Notes: generated by a model from the letters alone, not told the origin. A stretch of 64,000 bases of DNA from an uncultured delta proteobacterium (GCA_963765675.1 CAVXXK010000001.1:1600001-1664000); one strand, 5' to 3'. Positions 48,511-59,781 are shown, numbered from the stretch's first letter. Numbers and translations: made by a program.

Positions 48511-49974
48511 ATGCGGTTGCTGTACATTGATATCGATACGCTGCGAGCAGATCACCTCGGGTGCTACGGTTACGCGCGCCGCACCAGCCCGAATATCGAC
48601 GCACTGGCGCGCGAGGGAATCCGCTTCGACTCGGTCTATGCGTCCGACACTCCGTGCCTGCCGTCGCGCACGGCGCTTATTACCGGACGGTTCGGAATCC
48701 ATAACGGCGTGGTCTCGCATGGTGGGACGGGCGCCGATCTCTTCGTCGAGGGCGCGCGCCGCGGCTTTCAATCGCGCACCGCGTACACGAGCTGGGCGCG
48801 CCGGATGCGCAGCGTCGGGATGCATACCGCGACGATCAGCACCTTCGCCGAGCGCCATTCCGCGTACCACTGGGACGCGGGATTCAACGAAGTCATCAAC
48901 CTCGGCACGATGGGTATCGAGACCGCCAATATGGTCGCGCCGCTCGCGCTCGATTGGCTTATCCGCAACGGCGCACGCGACAACTGGTTCCTGCATGTGC
49001 ATCTGTGGGATCCGCACACTCCCTATCGGACGCCGGCTGAATACGGCGACCCGTTCAAGCACGACGCCACGCCCGGCTGGATCACCGAGGAAGTTCGCGA
49101 GCGCCACTGGCGCAGGCCGGGGCCGCATTCCGCGCAGGAGATGATCGGTTTCAAGCCCGCGGAAAATTCCACCGCCGCACGAACGCCTCGCCAGCCGCAG
49201 CTGGCGGCGTCGATGGTGGAGGTGCGCGCGATGTTCGACGGCTACGACATCGGAATCAAATTCGCGGACGACCATATCGGACGCCTGATGAATCAGCTCG
49301 CGGAGCTTCGCGTGCTCGAAGACACCGCCGTCATGATTTCCGGCGATCATGGCGAGACGCTCGGCGAACTCGGCATCTACTGCGATCATCACACCGCGGA
49401 CGAATGCGTCTCGCATCTGCCGATGGTACTGAAATGGCCAGGGCTTGCCGCCGGACGTGTCGAGTCCGGGATGCACTATCAAATCGATATCGCGGCGACA
49501 ATTCTGCAACTGCTCGGCGCTCGCGTGCCCGCGGATTCCGACGGCGTGGGCTTTGCCGCCGAGCTTCGCGCGGGAGCATCGTCGGGCCGCGACTACCTGG
49601 TGCTCTCGCACGGCGCGTGGACGGCGCAGCGCGCGGTCCGCATCGGCGATCATATCGCGATTCGCACTTATCATGACGGCTACCACGGATTTCCTCCCCT
49701 GATGATGTTCGATCTGAAGCGCGATCCGCACGAGACGCACGACCTCGCGCCGGAGCATCCCGAGCTCGCGGCGGAGGCGATGGCGAAGCTCGAACAGTGG
49801 CACACCGAACAGATGGCGCGTTCGTGGAACGGGATCGATCCGATCTGGACGGTGCTGCGCGAAGGCGGACCGTGGCACGTGCGCGGCCATCTGCGCGAAT
49901 ACCTCGAGCGGCTACGCGAGACCGGCCGCGCCGAATGGGCCGACCGCCTCGCGACGGAGCATCGCCAGGAGTAG
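48511..49974 (+). CDS. Sulfatase
   Basis: DTLRADHL, CLPSR (CxPxR), DPH.PY and GDHGE motifs. Confidence 0.93.
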   Translation: MRLLYIDIDTLRADHLGCYGYARRTSPNIDALAREGIRFDSVYASDTPCLPSRTALITGRFGIHNGVVSHGGTGADLFVEGARRGFQSRTAYTSWARRMRSVGMHTATISTFAERHSAYHWDAGFNEVINLGTMGIETANMVAPLALDWLIRNGARDNWFLHVHLWDPHTPYRTPAEYGDPFKHDATPGWITEEVRERHWRRPGPHSAQEMIGFKPAENSTAARTPRQPQLAASMVEVRAMFDGYDIGIKFADDHIGRLMNQLAELRVLEDTAVMISGDHGETLGELGIYCDHHTADECVSHLPMVLKWPGLAAGRVESGMHYQIDIAATILQLLGARVPADSDGVGFAAELRAGASSGRDYLVLSHGAWTAQRAVRIGDHIAIRTYHDGYHGFPPLMMFDLKRDPHETHDLAPEHPELAAEAMAKLEQWHTEQMARSWNGIDPIWTVLREGGPWHVRGHLREYLERLRETGRAEWADRLATEHRQE

Positions 49975-50000
49975 CGCGACTTGGCAAAGGGGGGGACGTG

Positions 50001-50750
50001 ATGCACTTGAGGATCGGTAGAATAATCGTGGTGGTAGCTATAGTCGCGATTCTACCCGGCATCGCCGCCGCCGGTTCGGTTCAAATCGGAATGCTCAGTT
50101 CGTCAAAGTCCGACGACTGGATCTGCGGAGAAGACATTCCCTTGTCCGCGCCAAATAGTCAGTCATCGTGTGAGAGCGCGAAATTCGGACCATGTTCAGA
50201 GTGCGATGAGCTGGCGGTTAAGAATCAGTCAGATGTGCCCGTGAAATTGAGGATCAAGATAATCGGGCCAGGATTCGCGCAGCCATGTGACGGGGGCGCG
50301 ATCGCTGGATTTATGATGTGTCCTTCGGGTGTGAGCGTAAGCGTTGGCTCTCTCGACGAATGCGGCGATTCTCTCCAGCCGGGAAAGAGTTGCACCTTGC
50401 CGATCGAGTTCTGCCCCGAACAGTCAGGCGAGAGTCACGGCGAGGTGCGTGTGACCGCCGCGTCAGGCTCCGACCAATCGCACCTCGAGGTTTTCAATCT
50501 CGCCGGTTCCGGCGATTACACGCCGGAGCTTGCCGCCGCTGACGAAGCGAGACGCAGCCAACTCGACGTGTTGATGAAGATTCTGTACGTCAAAAAGGTC
50601 GAACTCGATACCACAAGTAACGACATCGCGATCAACGTCGAAGTCACCGAAGACGACAAGATCGATCAAGTGCGCCGCCTCGTACCGCCGAAAATCGAAG
50701 GCTACCGAACTGAGGTCACGACCTATAGCCCAATCGCCTGCGCCGATTAG
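50001..50750 (+). CDS. Secreted Cys-rich protein with an ASH/Ig-like domain
   Basis: Signal peptide, LQPGKSCTLPIEFCP..G.V.V pattern and 10 Cys residues. Confidence 0.6.
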   Translation: MHLRIGRIIVVVAIVAILPGIAAAGSVQIGMLSSSKSDDWICGEDIPLSAPNSQSSCESAKFGPCSECDELAVKNQSDVPVKLRIKIIGPGFAQPCDGGAIAGFMMCPSGVSVSVGSLDECGDSLQPGKSCTLPIEFCPEQSGESHGEVRVTAASGSDQSHLEVFNLAGSGDYTPELAAADEARRSQLDVLMKILYVKKVELDTTSNDIAINVEVTEDDKIDQVRRLVPPKIEGYRTEVTTYSPIACAD

Positions 50751-50751
50751 G

Positions 50752-51513
50752 CTATTGTCGCTGTGCCGCACCAACCAACCGGACGAAAGCGCCGTCGCGC
50801 AGGATTGGGACGGCGATGCTCACGTCGCGCTCGGATGCCCAGGTTACGTCCTGCTCGAAGCCGCGATCGATTAGTTCGCGGCCGGAGGCGCACTCGTTCA
50901 GCGCACGTGGCAGATCGCTCTCTGCGTCGCGGAATGCAGCTAGCGCGGTGCGAGCTTCGGGCGACATCGAGATTGCTCCGAGCGCCGCGAGGATCGCGCC
51001 GGCGCCGATTAAGTCCTCGAATGCGGGACGCAGTGCGTCGGTCGAGCTCCATCGTTCTCCCGCCGCGATAACCGCGATTGGGACGCCGATTCCGAGCGCG
51101 GCCTTTGCGACCGCCGATGCGTTACGAAGGCATCCGGCGAGAACCGTTGCGCCGGATTTCGCCGCCGCGAGTGATACCTGTGCGCCGTTCGGTGATGCAA
51201 CGATGATCTTCATGCCGGGCCGGGCAAGCGCCATGGTTGACGGCGAGAGCGAGAACGGTTGGGCGGAAGTTGTAGCCCGCCGCGCGGCTGTCTCGATTCC
51301 GCCAACTCGTTTAGCCAACGCTTTCGATGCGCCCTTCGCGAATTGGCACGGATAGGCCTCGGCGCCCTGTGAGACTGCGACATCGACCGCGGTCGAGAAA
51401 CTCATCAGGTCCACGACTATCAACACGCGCGAGGTTCGGCCCAGCTCGGATGCGCCGTCGACGCCCCAATCGAAGCGCGCGTCGAAGCCGCTTTGATCGT
51501 AGATTGCGCTCAT
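50752..51513 (-). CDS. 2-phosphosulfolactate phosphatase-like (ComB family)
   Basis: VVDLMSFST, SLSP, SPNG, GCLRNA, AAGERW and EDLIGAGA motifs. Confidence 0.88.
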   Translation of the reverse strand: MSAIYDQSGFDARFDWGVDGASELGRTSRVLIVVDLMSFSTAVDVAVSQGAEAYPCQFAKGASKALAKRVGGIETAARRATTSAQPFSLSPSTMALARPGMKIIVASPNGAQVSLAAAKSGATVLAGCLRNASAVAKAALGIGVPIAVIAAGERWSSTDALRPAFEDLIGAGAILAALGAISMSPEARTALAAFRDAESDLPRALNECASGRELIDRGFEQDVTWASERDVSIAVPILRDGAFVRLVGAAQRQ

Positions 51514-51547
51514 CGAAAGACTGATATGCGGCGCGGACGGCGCGCGA

Positions 51548-53173
51548 TTATCCGCGCGTCAGCCAATTGCCCGCCATCACGCCGTCGCCACGCCACTTTC
51601 CGTCCTCGACCACCGCGCGCCCGTTGACGATTACGTGCTCGATTCCGACCGGGTCGCGATTGGGCGAGCGCGCGTCGGCGTCGCATCCCACGCGCTCAGG
51701 ATCGAAGATGCAGAAATCGGCGGCGGCGCCGGCGCGGACGTAGCCGCGTCCGCCAAGATGCATCCGCTCGGCCGCCATCCCGGTCATTTTGTGGATCGCG
51801 TCTTCGAGCGAAAGCAGCCCGAGCTCGCGTACGTAGTAGCCGAGGATGCGCGGATAGGTGCCGAAGCTCGCGGGATTGTTGTGTCCGCGCGAGGTCAGGA
51901 TCGTGTCCATCTCGAATGCGTTCAGACGATGGCTCATCGCTGAGCGCAGTGCCTGCTCGTCGTTGTCGTCGCCGCTGTAGAGATGAATCAGCACGCGGGC
52001 GCGGGTTCCGCTCTCGCGCGCGATCGTCAGGTAAGCCTCGACCGGATCGAGCTTCATCGCCTCGGCGATCTCACCGAAGTACATTCCTTCGAAGTGTTTC
52101 AGCTCGGGCTTCACCGCCCACATCAATTGCACGGTATCGTGGATGAAGGCCTTGAGCGGCTGAAAGCCCGCGGCAAGCCGCGCCCATCCGTCGTGGCTGT
52201 CGAGCAGCTCTTCGAGCTGATTCTGCGACCACGACGGAAAGATGATCCGGATCGTGGTGTTGCCGCAGGTGTAGGGGAAGGTATCGAACGCGACGTCGAT
52301 ACCGTCGTTCTTCGCCTGTTCAATATCGGCAAGAATCTCATTCACAGTTGGCCAGGTTCGGCGTCCGACGAAAATCAGGTGCGAGATCTGAAGCGGCACG
52401 CGCGCCTGGCGCGCGACCGCGACCATCTCACGCACTGCGAGCAGGTTGTGCGCTATGCGGCTGTCAAAGAATAGCGACCGGGTCGAGTAGGCGCGCAGAT
52501 GCGACGTCAGCACGCCGCCCGCCGCGCCGGCGACACTCGCCAGCGCGGCAAGCTCGGCGGGCTTCGCGATCATCCCGGGAAAATATCCGAGCCCGGTCGA
52601 CACTCCGACCGCGCCGTCGGCCATCGCGCTCTCCGCCATCGCCTGCATCGCGCGCAGTTCCTCGACCGACGGGTCCGCCGCGCTCGCGCCCATCACGCTG
52701 AGCCGGATACTGCCGTGACCCGCGAGATGCGCGACGTTCAGCGCAAGGCCCTGGCGCTCGAGATGCGCGCCGTATTCGGCGACGCTGGCCCATTCCCAAT
52801 CGAACTTGCGCTCCGAGAGCATCTGGCCCGAAGCGTCGAGCATCCGCGTCATCCCCGGGCGAATCGGCGCGACCGAGAATCCGCAGTTGCCGCCGACAAA
52901 CGTGGTGACGCCCTGCATCAGGAAAGGTTTGAGGATCGCGCCATGCTCGGGAATCGGAGCGATCCAGTCGGAATGCGAATGGAGATCGATAAATCCCGGC
53001 GCGACGATCATGCCGCTCGCATCGATTACTCGCGCGGCGGAGGCCTCCGCGCTCTCGGTGGGCTCCATTATTGCGGCGATGCGCCGGTCTTTTACCGCGA
53101 CATCGGCGCGCCTGCGCGGGGCGCCGGAGCCGTCGATAATCGTGCCGTTACGAATCAGCAGATCGTATTCCAT
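51548..53173 (-). CDS. N-acyl-D-amino-acid deacylase family amidohydrolase
   Basis: APGFIDLHSHSD, GNCGFS and GTYPRILG motifs. Confidence 0.92.
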   Translation of the reverse strand: MEYDLLIRNGTIIDGSGAPRRRADVAVKDRRIAAIMEPTESAEASAARVIDASGMIVAPGFIDLHSHSDWIAPIPEHGAILKPFLMQGVTTFVGGNCGFSVAPIRPGMTRMLDASGQMLSERKFDWEWASVAEYGAHLERQGLALNVAHLAGHGSIRLSVMGASAADPSVEELRAMQAMAESAMADGAVGVSTGLGYFPGMIAKPAELAALASVAGAAGGVLTSHLRAYSTRSLFFDSRIAHNLLAVREMVAVARQARVPLQISHLIFVGRRTWPTVNEILADIEQAKNDGIDVAFDTFPYTCGNTTIRIIFPSWSQNQLEELLDSHDGWARLAAGFQPLKAFIHDTVQLMWAVKPELKHFEGMYFGEIAEAMKLDPVEAYLTIARESGTRARVLIHLYSGDDNDEQALRSAMSHRLNAFEMDTILTSRGHNNPASFGTYPRILGYYVRELGLLSLEDAIHKMTGMAAERMHLGGRGYVRAGAAADFCIFDPERVGCDADARSPNRDPVGIEHVIVNGRAVVEDGKWRGDGVMAGNWLTRG

Positions 53174-53217
53174 ACGGCGAAATCTAGGCGCACCGCACGC
53201 TCCGCGCAAATCGCGCG

Positions 53218-53631
53218 TCAGCGACGGCGGAAAGTTGCGGCGCGAAGGTCGGTCTGTGTGAAGTCTTCGCCCTGGAACAAGATTGAAGTGTGGTTGTTTT
53301 TCGCTACCGCATAGGCAAAGCAGTCACCAAGGTTGAGTTGGGCAGGATGCCCGCGCCCTTTGCCGTAACGCGCGAACGCGTCAAGCGCCGCCTCGGACTC
53401 TTTCGCACCAATCGGAATCAGCTCGACCCGTGTCAACTCGAGAAAATCGCGAACTGCCTCTGTCGCTTCTTTGACGCTAATCTGCCGCTTGCGGCAGATG
53501 CCGAGCACTGCCTCGAATATCGCGATCGGCGATGTTATCGGCGCCCGCGCCGCGGCAAGCAGATCTGCCAGTGCGCCGGCATCATGCTCGCTTGTCAGAA
53601 TGGCGACGATCGCCGACGCATCGACGAACAT
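53218..53631 (-). CDS. vapC: VapC PIN toxin
   Basis: MFVDASAIVAIL and YGKGRGHPAQLNLGDCFAYA motifs. Confidence 0.94.
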   Translation of the reverse strand: MFVDASAIVAILTSEHDAGALADLLAAARAPITSPIAIFEAVLGICRKRQISVKEATEAVRDFLELTRVELIPIGAKESEAALDAFARYGKGRGHPAQLNLGDCFAYAVAKNNHTSILFQGEDFTQTDLRAATFRRR

Positions 53632-53870
53632 TATTCGTCCTCGCTGAGCTCGTCGTAGAAATGTTTGTCCGCCTGCAGCCCGGTCGGCGGATGGGCCAGC
53701 ACGCGGGCCTGCAGCTCGCGGAGCTGCTCCCGCAGCGAGGGCGCCTTATTGAGGCGGCGCAACTCGTTCTCTAAGGCCAGCTTCACCGCTTCGGTTTTGT
53801 TGATGCGTTTACGCGCGGCCAATCGTCTGGCGAGTTGGTTGACGGTTTCATTTCGGATATTCAGGGGCAT
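53631..53870 (-). CDS. vapB: VapB antitoxin (Rv0623-like)
   Basis: MPLNIRNETV..LARRLA....KTEAV..AL; its stop overlaps the vapC start. Confidence 0.88.
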   Translation of the reverse strand: MPLNIRNETVNQLARRLAARKRINKTEAVKLALENELRRLNKAPSLREQLRELQARVLAHPPTGLQADKHFYDELSEDE

Positions 53871-53993
53871 TTTGGATCTCCGAGGTATCGTAAAGACAAT
53901 AGCGTCTACACACGAACGCCGCAACTTTATCTTTATCAATCGCGCGGTGCCCACTTGCGCGGGTGGCGCGGGCGTATGAAATTCGATGTTTCT

Positions 53994-54989
53994 ATGACGA
54001 CCGTGTTGATAATCGGAGGGCAGGGTGCGCTTGGATCGATCGTAGCCGAAGCGATGCGCGCGCAGGGCGATCTGACGGTGCTGATCGGCGGGCGGCGGGC
54101 GGAGCGGCGCGAGGATTTCCGCTACCTCGATCTGGCGCGGCCCGAAACGATTGCACCGGCGCTTGCGGGCGTTGACTTCGCGATCAGCACGGTCGCCGAT
54201 CCGCAGTTCGAGCTGGAACGGGTCGCGGTGGAGACTGGCGCGCGTTCGATGAACATCTCGAGCGCGGTCCTGCCGATCGGCGGACACGTCTCGCTGCGCG
54301 GGCGAGGACTCGCGATCGTGCACGCGGGGCTGGCGCCGCTTGGGCTGCAGGCGCTCATCGCCAAGGCGATGATTGCGCGCCGTCCTGAGGCGGCGCGGCT
54401 GGAAGTCGCGATGTGCTTTTCCGCGCGCGGCGCGAGCGGTCCGCAGGGCCGCGAGTTCGCATACCAGACGCTGGTGCGGCGTCCGTTCGAGCCGTCGCGC
54501 GAGATTGAATTCAGCGCGCCGATCGGGCGGCGGCGATGCTTTTCCGCGGCGATACCCGAGCGCGATATCCTGCACGCGCTGATACCCGAGGGCGACGCGG
54601 GTGTCTTTGTCGGATTCGCCGAGCGAACGATTCATCTCGCGGTCAGCGTGATGCGATCGAGCGGGATGATTCGGATGATTCCGCGCGCGATGTTTGTCGG
54701 ACGCGCCGCCGCGTCCGCGCCCGCCGTCGCGACCACCGAGCCGATGCGCCAGTGGGTGGCCATCTATGACGCGAGCGGCAGGCGGCTCGGTGCGACGGTC
54801 ACGGAAGGCGACGGCGACTATCGCACGACCGCGATGGTCACGCGCGCGTTTCTTGACGCGCTGATCGAACGCCTCAAAACGCGCAAGCCGTTCGGAGTGC
54901 ATAGCGCGGAAAAGCTCTTCGATTTGGCGGACGTGACCCCGCACCTTCCACCCGAGGTGCGCATCTGCGAGCTCGTGGCTACGCCTTGA
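53994..54989 (+). CDS. Saccharopine-dehydrogenase-like NAD(P)-binding protein
   Basis: VLIIGGQGALG, IGGR and HAGLAP.G motifs. Confidence 0.65.
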   Translation: MTTVLIIGGQGALGSIVAEAMRAQGDLTVLIGGRRAERREDFRYLDLARPETIAPALAGVDFAISTVADPQFELERVAVETGARSMNISSAVLPIGGHVSLRGRGLAIVHAGLAPLGLQALIAKAMIARRPEAARLEVAMCFSARGASGPQGREFAYQTLVRRPFEPSREIEFSAPIGRRRCFSAAIPERDILHALIPEGDAGVFVGFAERTIHLAVSVMRSSGMIRMIPRAMFVGRAAASAPAVATTEPMRQWVAIYDASGRRLGATVTEGDGDYRTTAMVTRAFLDALIERLKTRKPFGVHSAEKLFDLADVTPHLPPEVRICELVATP

Positions 54990-56298
54990 CTAGGCCGCTC
55001 GCGTTGCCGCTGGGACGCGGGCGTGCGGGAAACACGTGATCGATCTGCGCCTCGGTAAGTCCCATGTGCGAAGCCAGCACGATGGCGATCGGATCACGGA
55101 AGTCGGTAGTGATTGCGAGGTCGCGTTCCTGGTAGAGCTCGCCCGGCTGCAAGCCAGGCCATCGGCCATACATCTTTCCGCCGCGCACCTGACCGCCCAT
55201 CACCCACATCACGTTGCCGTGACCGTGATCGGTGCCGGCATTGCCGTTTTCATGCATCGTGCGGCCGAACTCGGAGATTACCAGGATAGTGGTGTCCTGA
55301 TAGGTCTGGCCGAGCGATTGTTTGAAACTCGCGAGTCCCTCGGCGAGCGGCCGGAGATGGCCTGCGAGCTGTCCCTCGGCGGCGCCCTGGCTGACGTGCG
55401 TATCCCATCCGCCGAGCGCGAGGAATGCGACGCGGATCGTCGGATCGTGCTGCATCAGATGCGCAAGGCGGTCGGTGTCCTGCGAGAAGCCTTGCGGCGA
55501 GGGCGCGCCGGCGTCGGCGGCGGTCATGTCTTGCTGAAGTTCGGCCATGAGTTTCGTGCGCGCCATCCGGCCGTCGCGGTAGGTGCGGCTGATTGGATCG
55601 TTGCCCGTGTAGAGGCGGTCGAAGGCCTCTTCGATAACGGGGCGATCGAGCGGCATCGGACGCGCCGCGGCTCGGCCCAGCGGCATGTTGGCGGCCGGCA
55701 TTTTTCCGCTCAGGATGCGCGGCATCGTCGGCCCCATGCTCAGCGCCTCGGTTGGGCCGTGAACTCCCGGAAGTTGCGCCAGCGTGCGATTCAGCCATCC
55801 GTCCTGTGTGCTCTTGATGCCAGGCGTGCCGCTCTCCATGTAGTCTTGCGCGTCGAAGTGCGAGCGGTTCGGATCGGGTGAGCCGGACGCGTGCACGAAC
55901 GCGAGCGTGCGCTCATTCCATAGCGGCATGATCGCGGACAGAGCGGGATGCATCCCGAAGTAGCCGTCGAGATCGAGCACGCCGCCGGGAGCACCTGCGC
56001 GGCCGACCGCGATAGTCGGGCGCGATTCGTAATAGATCGGATCGCCGTGAGGAACGACGACATTCATGCCGTCAACCGCGCCGCGCAGGAACACAACCAC
56101 GAGACGGTTCTTGTCGCCGGTGGAGGCGAGCGCTCGACCTGCCCACGCGTGCGGGCTGATGAGCACGATACCTGCGGCTGAGAGCAGTGAGGCGCGGCGC
56201 AGAAAGGCACGCCGAGACATCGTGCTGAAAGCATCCTTCGCGCACAGTGCGCATTTGGAATCGCCGGCCAGGAGTTTTTCGTCGATTGGCTCCATCAT
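54979..56298 (-). CDS. DUF1501 protein (Tat signal)
   Basis: SRRAFL, FLRGAVDG, RSHF.AQ, GGWDTH, SEFGR and GTDHG motifs. Confidence 0.93.
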   Translation of the reverse strand: MMEPIDEKLLAGDSKCALCAKDAFSTMSRRAFLRRASLLSAAGIVLISPHAWAGRALASTGDKNRLVVVFLRGAVDGMNVVVPHGDPIYYESRPTIAVGRAGAPGGVLDLDGYFGMHPALSAIMPLWNERTLAFVHASGSPDPNRSHFDAQDYMESGTPGIKSTQDGWLNRTLAQLPGVHGPTEALSMGPTMPRILSGKMPAANMPLGRAAARPMPLDRPVIEEAFDRLYTGNDPISRTYRDGRMARTKLMAELQQDMTAADAGAPSPQGFSQDTDRLAHLMQHDPTIRVAFLALGGWDTHVSQGAAEGQLAGHLRPLAEGLASFKQSLGQTYQDTTILVISEFGRTMHENGNAGTDHGHGNVMWVMGGQVRGGKMYGRWPGLQPGELYQERDLAITTDFRDPIAIVLASHMGLTEAQIDHVFPARPRPSGNASGLVKA

Positions 56299-56305
56299 CG
56301 TGTTC

Positions 56306-57969
56306 CTACCGCGTCATGAATTCGGGGCTGCCCAAAAGCAAAGCGGCGCGCAACTGCGGAGTCGCCGACTCGATCGCCTCGGTAGTGTTGGCGCTGAGCG
56401 CACCCGCTCCCAGCGTCCTGTCCAAAGCGTCGGGATTGGGCGGCGTCATCTTAGGACCCTTACGTGGCTGGGCAGGAGTGTCGAAGCTGGTCTTCATCGC
56501 GCCTGCGTGTTTTCCGAAACCGCGGTTCTCTTTGCGCTCCGCGTCCGGCGATTCGCCTGCCTCTTCCTCGAACGGCGGATGCTCCAGAGGCAGATTGCCG
56601 CTGCCGAAGGCGGACGCGAAACTCAGCCGCATCATCATCCCGTCGGGATTGAGCCATGCGTCCCTTGTGTTCGAGTAACCGTTGGGAGTCTGGCAACCGT
56701 AAAGCGGCTGCCCGAGAAGCTGCATCGTTCCGTACAGCGGACGATAGTTGCGCACCCATACGCCGGTCGCGCGCGCACACGAAATTACATATTCGTAGGG
56801 CGATTTGAATTTCGAGCGATAGTAGCGCCGGTCCCAAAACTCCGGCGACGCGAACATCGCCGCCAGCACCTCGCGGAGATCGCCGTCGGTGGCGAGGTAG
56901 CGCGCGGCCATCGTGTCGGTCAGCGAGGCGGGTGGATTATCGGTCACGAAATATTGCGCGAGCTGGAAGCTCAGATGCTTCGCGGTCGCCGGATGCCGCG
57001 CCAGCATCGCGAGCGCATCCTCGCCCTCGGACATTCCGGCGCCCTGGATCGTGTAGCCGAGAAAAGTCTTCGACGAGAAATCATGCCGATCGGGATCGAA
57101 ATGGAACAGGCTTGGCGACGGCGGCGGCATCCGGTTCGCGCCCTGCCGGCCGAAGCCACGGCCGAAGCGCGACATCGGGCCGCGCATCCCGTCGCGCGCC
57201 ATAAGATTTTCTCGCGATTTGGATTTTCGCGCGAGATGCCCCATCCGGTGAGTATATGCGCCAGCGCGATCACGTCGGCCTGCGAATATCCGCCGCCGAC
57301 GCCGAGCGTGTGCAGCTCCATTACCTCGCGCGCGTAGTTCTCGTTGATCCCTTCGAACTTGCCCTTGGCTCCGGCGCTGCCGGGATTCGTATTCTGCCAG
57401 TTGTCGAGATAGAAGAGCATCGCCGGATGCTTCGCCGTGGCCAGGAGCATCGTGCGGAACTTGCCCATCGTATGCGGCCGGATCGCGGTCTCCTCGAACG
57501 ATCCGGTCCAGATATTATCCAGCCCTTTGCCGCGAAAGACATTGAAGTGGTTGAACCAGAACGCGGTCAGCACTTCCTGGAGCTGGCGCGGACCGTCGAT
57601 CGCGCGGGCGATGCGCGCCTCGATCGCCTCTCGCATGACGATCTGCTGGCGGATGCGCGCGTCCTTGAGATCGCCTTTCAGAACGTCCTTGTCGGCACCC
57701 TTATCCTGACGCCGCACTTCCATGATCGGCCCCTGGAATTCTCGAAACAGTTCGAGCGGAGACATGTGCAGCGTGCGATAGTTTGCGATCTGATCGTGGA
57801 GGCTCGCGGGAATCGGAATTTCCGACTCGGGATAGAGCTGCTCGTGGATGTAACCCTCCGGACCGACTTGCCGAAGGTGTTCGATATCGCCCGGCCGCGG
57901 CCCGAAGGCGAGGCGGTTCAGGAGGTGAAGTGGGCGCTTTTGCGCGGGTATGTCGCTGGCATCGTCCAT
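56306..57969 (-). pseudogene. DUF1800 protein, frameshift at ~57200-57240
   Basis: FWFNHFNV, AMLFYLDN and NENYAREVMELHTLG occur in one frame; HPATA, KFKSP, PNGY and SPEFM in another. Confidence 0.88.
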
Positions 57970-58025
57970 CTGGATCGCATCCCGTAAGGATATACGCCGC
58001 CGCCGCGCGATGGATGCGCCCTTCT

Positions 58026-58799
58026 CTACTTGAGCTTACGGCCGGCGGCGCGCTTTTGCGCGATCGTGGCGGCACCGCCCTCGGCGACCCATCGCGTTTG
58101 CCGCGCGATTCCATTGACGATTTCGACTTCGCGCGGGGTCAGTCCGCTGCGGCCGAATATCGCGCGAATCGCCAGCATGATGTGCTCCGGGTTGTGAACG
58201 GGCAGGAAGCCTATCGCAACCAGCGACTCGGCCAGCCGCTCCAGGGCGGCGTCAACCGCGGCCGTTTCCGCAAATTCCGGTGCGGCACGCGCGGCAGAAG
58301 GAGCTTCGGTGTCGGCGAGCATCAGCTCGTACGCGACGATCATCACCGCCTGCGCGAGATTGAGTGATGGGTACTCGGGCGCGGTAGGAATGGTGATCAG
58401 CCGGTTGCAAAGTTTGAGCTCGCGGTTGGTCAGTCCGCGATCCTCGGGGCCAAATACGATCCCGATTCGGTTGGCCGTCGCGAGCGCCGCCAGATCGCGC
58501 ACTACTGCGCGCAGAGGCTCCGCGCCGGCGCGATAGAATCCCGGTCGACAGGTGGTGCCGAAGGTTATCGTGCGATCGGCGAGCGCACCTGCGAGGTCGG
58601 GATAAATCGAGGCTCGCGCGAGCAGATCGCGCGCATGCACCGCCATCGCGGTCGCCGCACGGCTCGGGAGCGATGCTTGCGGCGCGACAATCCGCAAATC
58701 CGCAAAGCCCATGTTCTTGAGCGCGCGTGCGACCGAGCCGATATTGCCCGCCTGCAACGGTTTGAACAGCACGAACGCGGTCTGCTCGCGAAGCGTCAT
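58026..58799 (-). CDS. TrmJ/TrmH-family RNA methyltransferase
   Basis: GNIGSVARALKNMG, FGPEDRGL and SLNLAQAV motifs. Confidence 0.93.
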   Translation of the reverse strand: MTLREQTAFVLFKPLQAGNIGSVARALKNMGFADLRIVAPQASLPSRAATAMAVHARDLLARASIYPDLAGALADRTITFGTTCRPGFYRAGAEPLRAVVRDLAALATANRIGIVFGPEDRGLTNRELKLCNRLITIPTAPEYPSLNLAQAVMIVAYELMLADTEAPSAARAAPEFAETAAVDAALERLAESLVAIGFLPVHNPEHIMLAIRAIFGRSGLTPREVEIVNGIARQTRWVAEGGAATIAQKRAAGRKLK

Positions 58800-58906
58800 C
58801 GGTCAATCGTTATAGCATCGGCGACTCGCATCGTGGATGGCGCATCACCGGGTCTGACGAGTATGGTCGCTCGAAAAGCCCAAGCTCGGTGAGAGGGGTG
58901 GTAGCG

Positions 58907-59374
58907 ATGAAATGGCCAACAGGATTCGAGCCCGAGAAGTCTTCAGTCTATGCGCGCAACGAAATCGTGATTGCCGCGCCGCCTGAGCGGATTTGGCGAT
59001 GGATAATTCGCGCGGCCGGGTGGCCCGAATGGTACAGCAACAGCTCGAACATCGAGTTCCTGAGTGGAGGCTCGCCCGATATTGCGCCCGGCACCGAGTT
59101 CAAATGGAAAACCTTCGGCGCGACGATCACCAGCCGCGTGATCGTGTTCGAGCCGCCGCGAGAACTGGCGTGGGACGCGCGCGGAGTTCTGACCGCGGTG
59201 CATGGATGGACGATCGAGCCCGCGGGCGCCGTGTGCCGCGTCGTCACTGAGGAGACGCAGAACGGAATCCTGCCCAAGCTGGCGGGGTGGTATTTGCGCC
59301 CGATGCTCGAGCGGGGCCATCAGAACTGGGTCGAAAGTCTAAAGCGCGTGGCCGAAGGCGGCGAACCGTCGTAA
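58907..59374 (+). CDS. SRPBCC domain protein
   Basis: NEIVIAAPPERIW..WPEW and FEPPRELAW motifs. Confidence 0.88.
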   Translation: MKWPTGFEPEKSSVYARNEIVIAAPPERIWRWIIRAAGWPEWYSNSSNIEFLSGGSPDIAPGTEFKWKTFGATITSRVIVFEPPRELAWDARGVLTAVHGWTIEPAGAVCRVVTEETQNGILPKLAGWYLRPMLERGHQNWVESLKRVAEGGEPS

Positions 59375-59770
59375 TCAGGAATCTTGGTCCAGAGTCAGTT
59401 CGAAGGCGCCGGGCTCGCTCATCGCGCCGAATAGCGCGAGAAGCTGGCCGAGAGCCATTACCGGCATGAACATCCAATACTTCCGCCGCACCAGACTCAT
59501 CAGACGGGTGCGTTCGCCGGAGTCGTCGATGAATCGTGCGCGGCCATGGAATTTTTCTCCGCCAATATTGATCAGAGCGGTCGGCGTTTTGCGCAGATTC
59601 TTTACCCAGTTGCGCGCTACATTCGCGGTCGGAAGGACGATCTTGTCGCCCGCGACGGCGAACCAGATCGTCACGTCGTATGATTTGCCCGACTTGCGGC
59701 CGACATGCGTCAGGACGAGCGTCTGTCGGCTCGCGACTTTCGACAACCTCGCGGAAGTTTTGTCGTCCAT
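59375..59770 (-). CDS. Ddn-like (deazaflavin-dependent) nitroreductase/quinone reductase family
   Basis: LTHVGRKSGK and WVKNL..P motifs. Confidence 0.78.
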   Translation of the reverse strand: MDDKTSARLSKVASRQTLVLTHVGRKSGKSYDVTIWFAVAGDKIVLPTANVARNWVKNLRKTPTALINIGGEKFHGRARFIDDSGERTRLMSLVRRKYWMFMPVMALGQLLALFGAMSEPGAFELTLDQDS

Positions 59771-59781
59771 CGCGATACGCT

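Noticed and set aside
53871-54944. 437-aa minus-strand ORF
   Set aside because: Only the last 79 codons (VapB) are real; the rest is antisense to the dehydrogenase.
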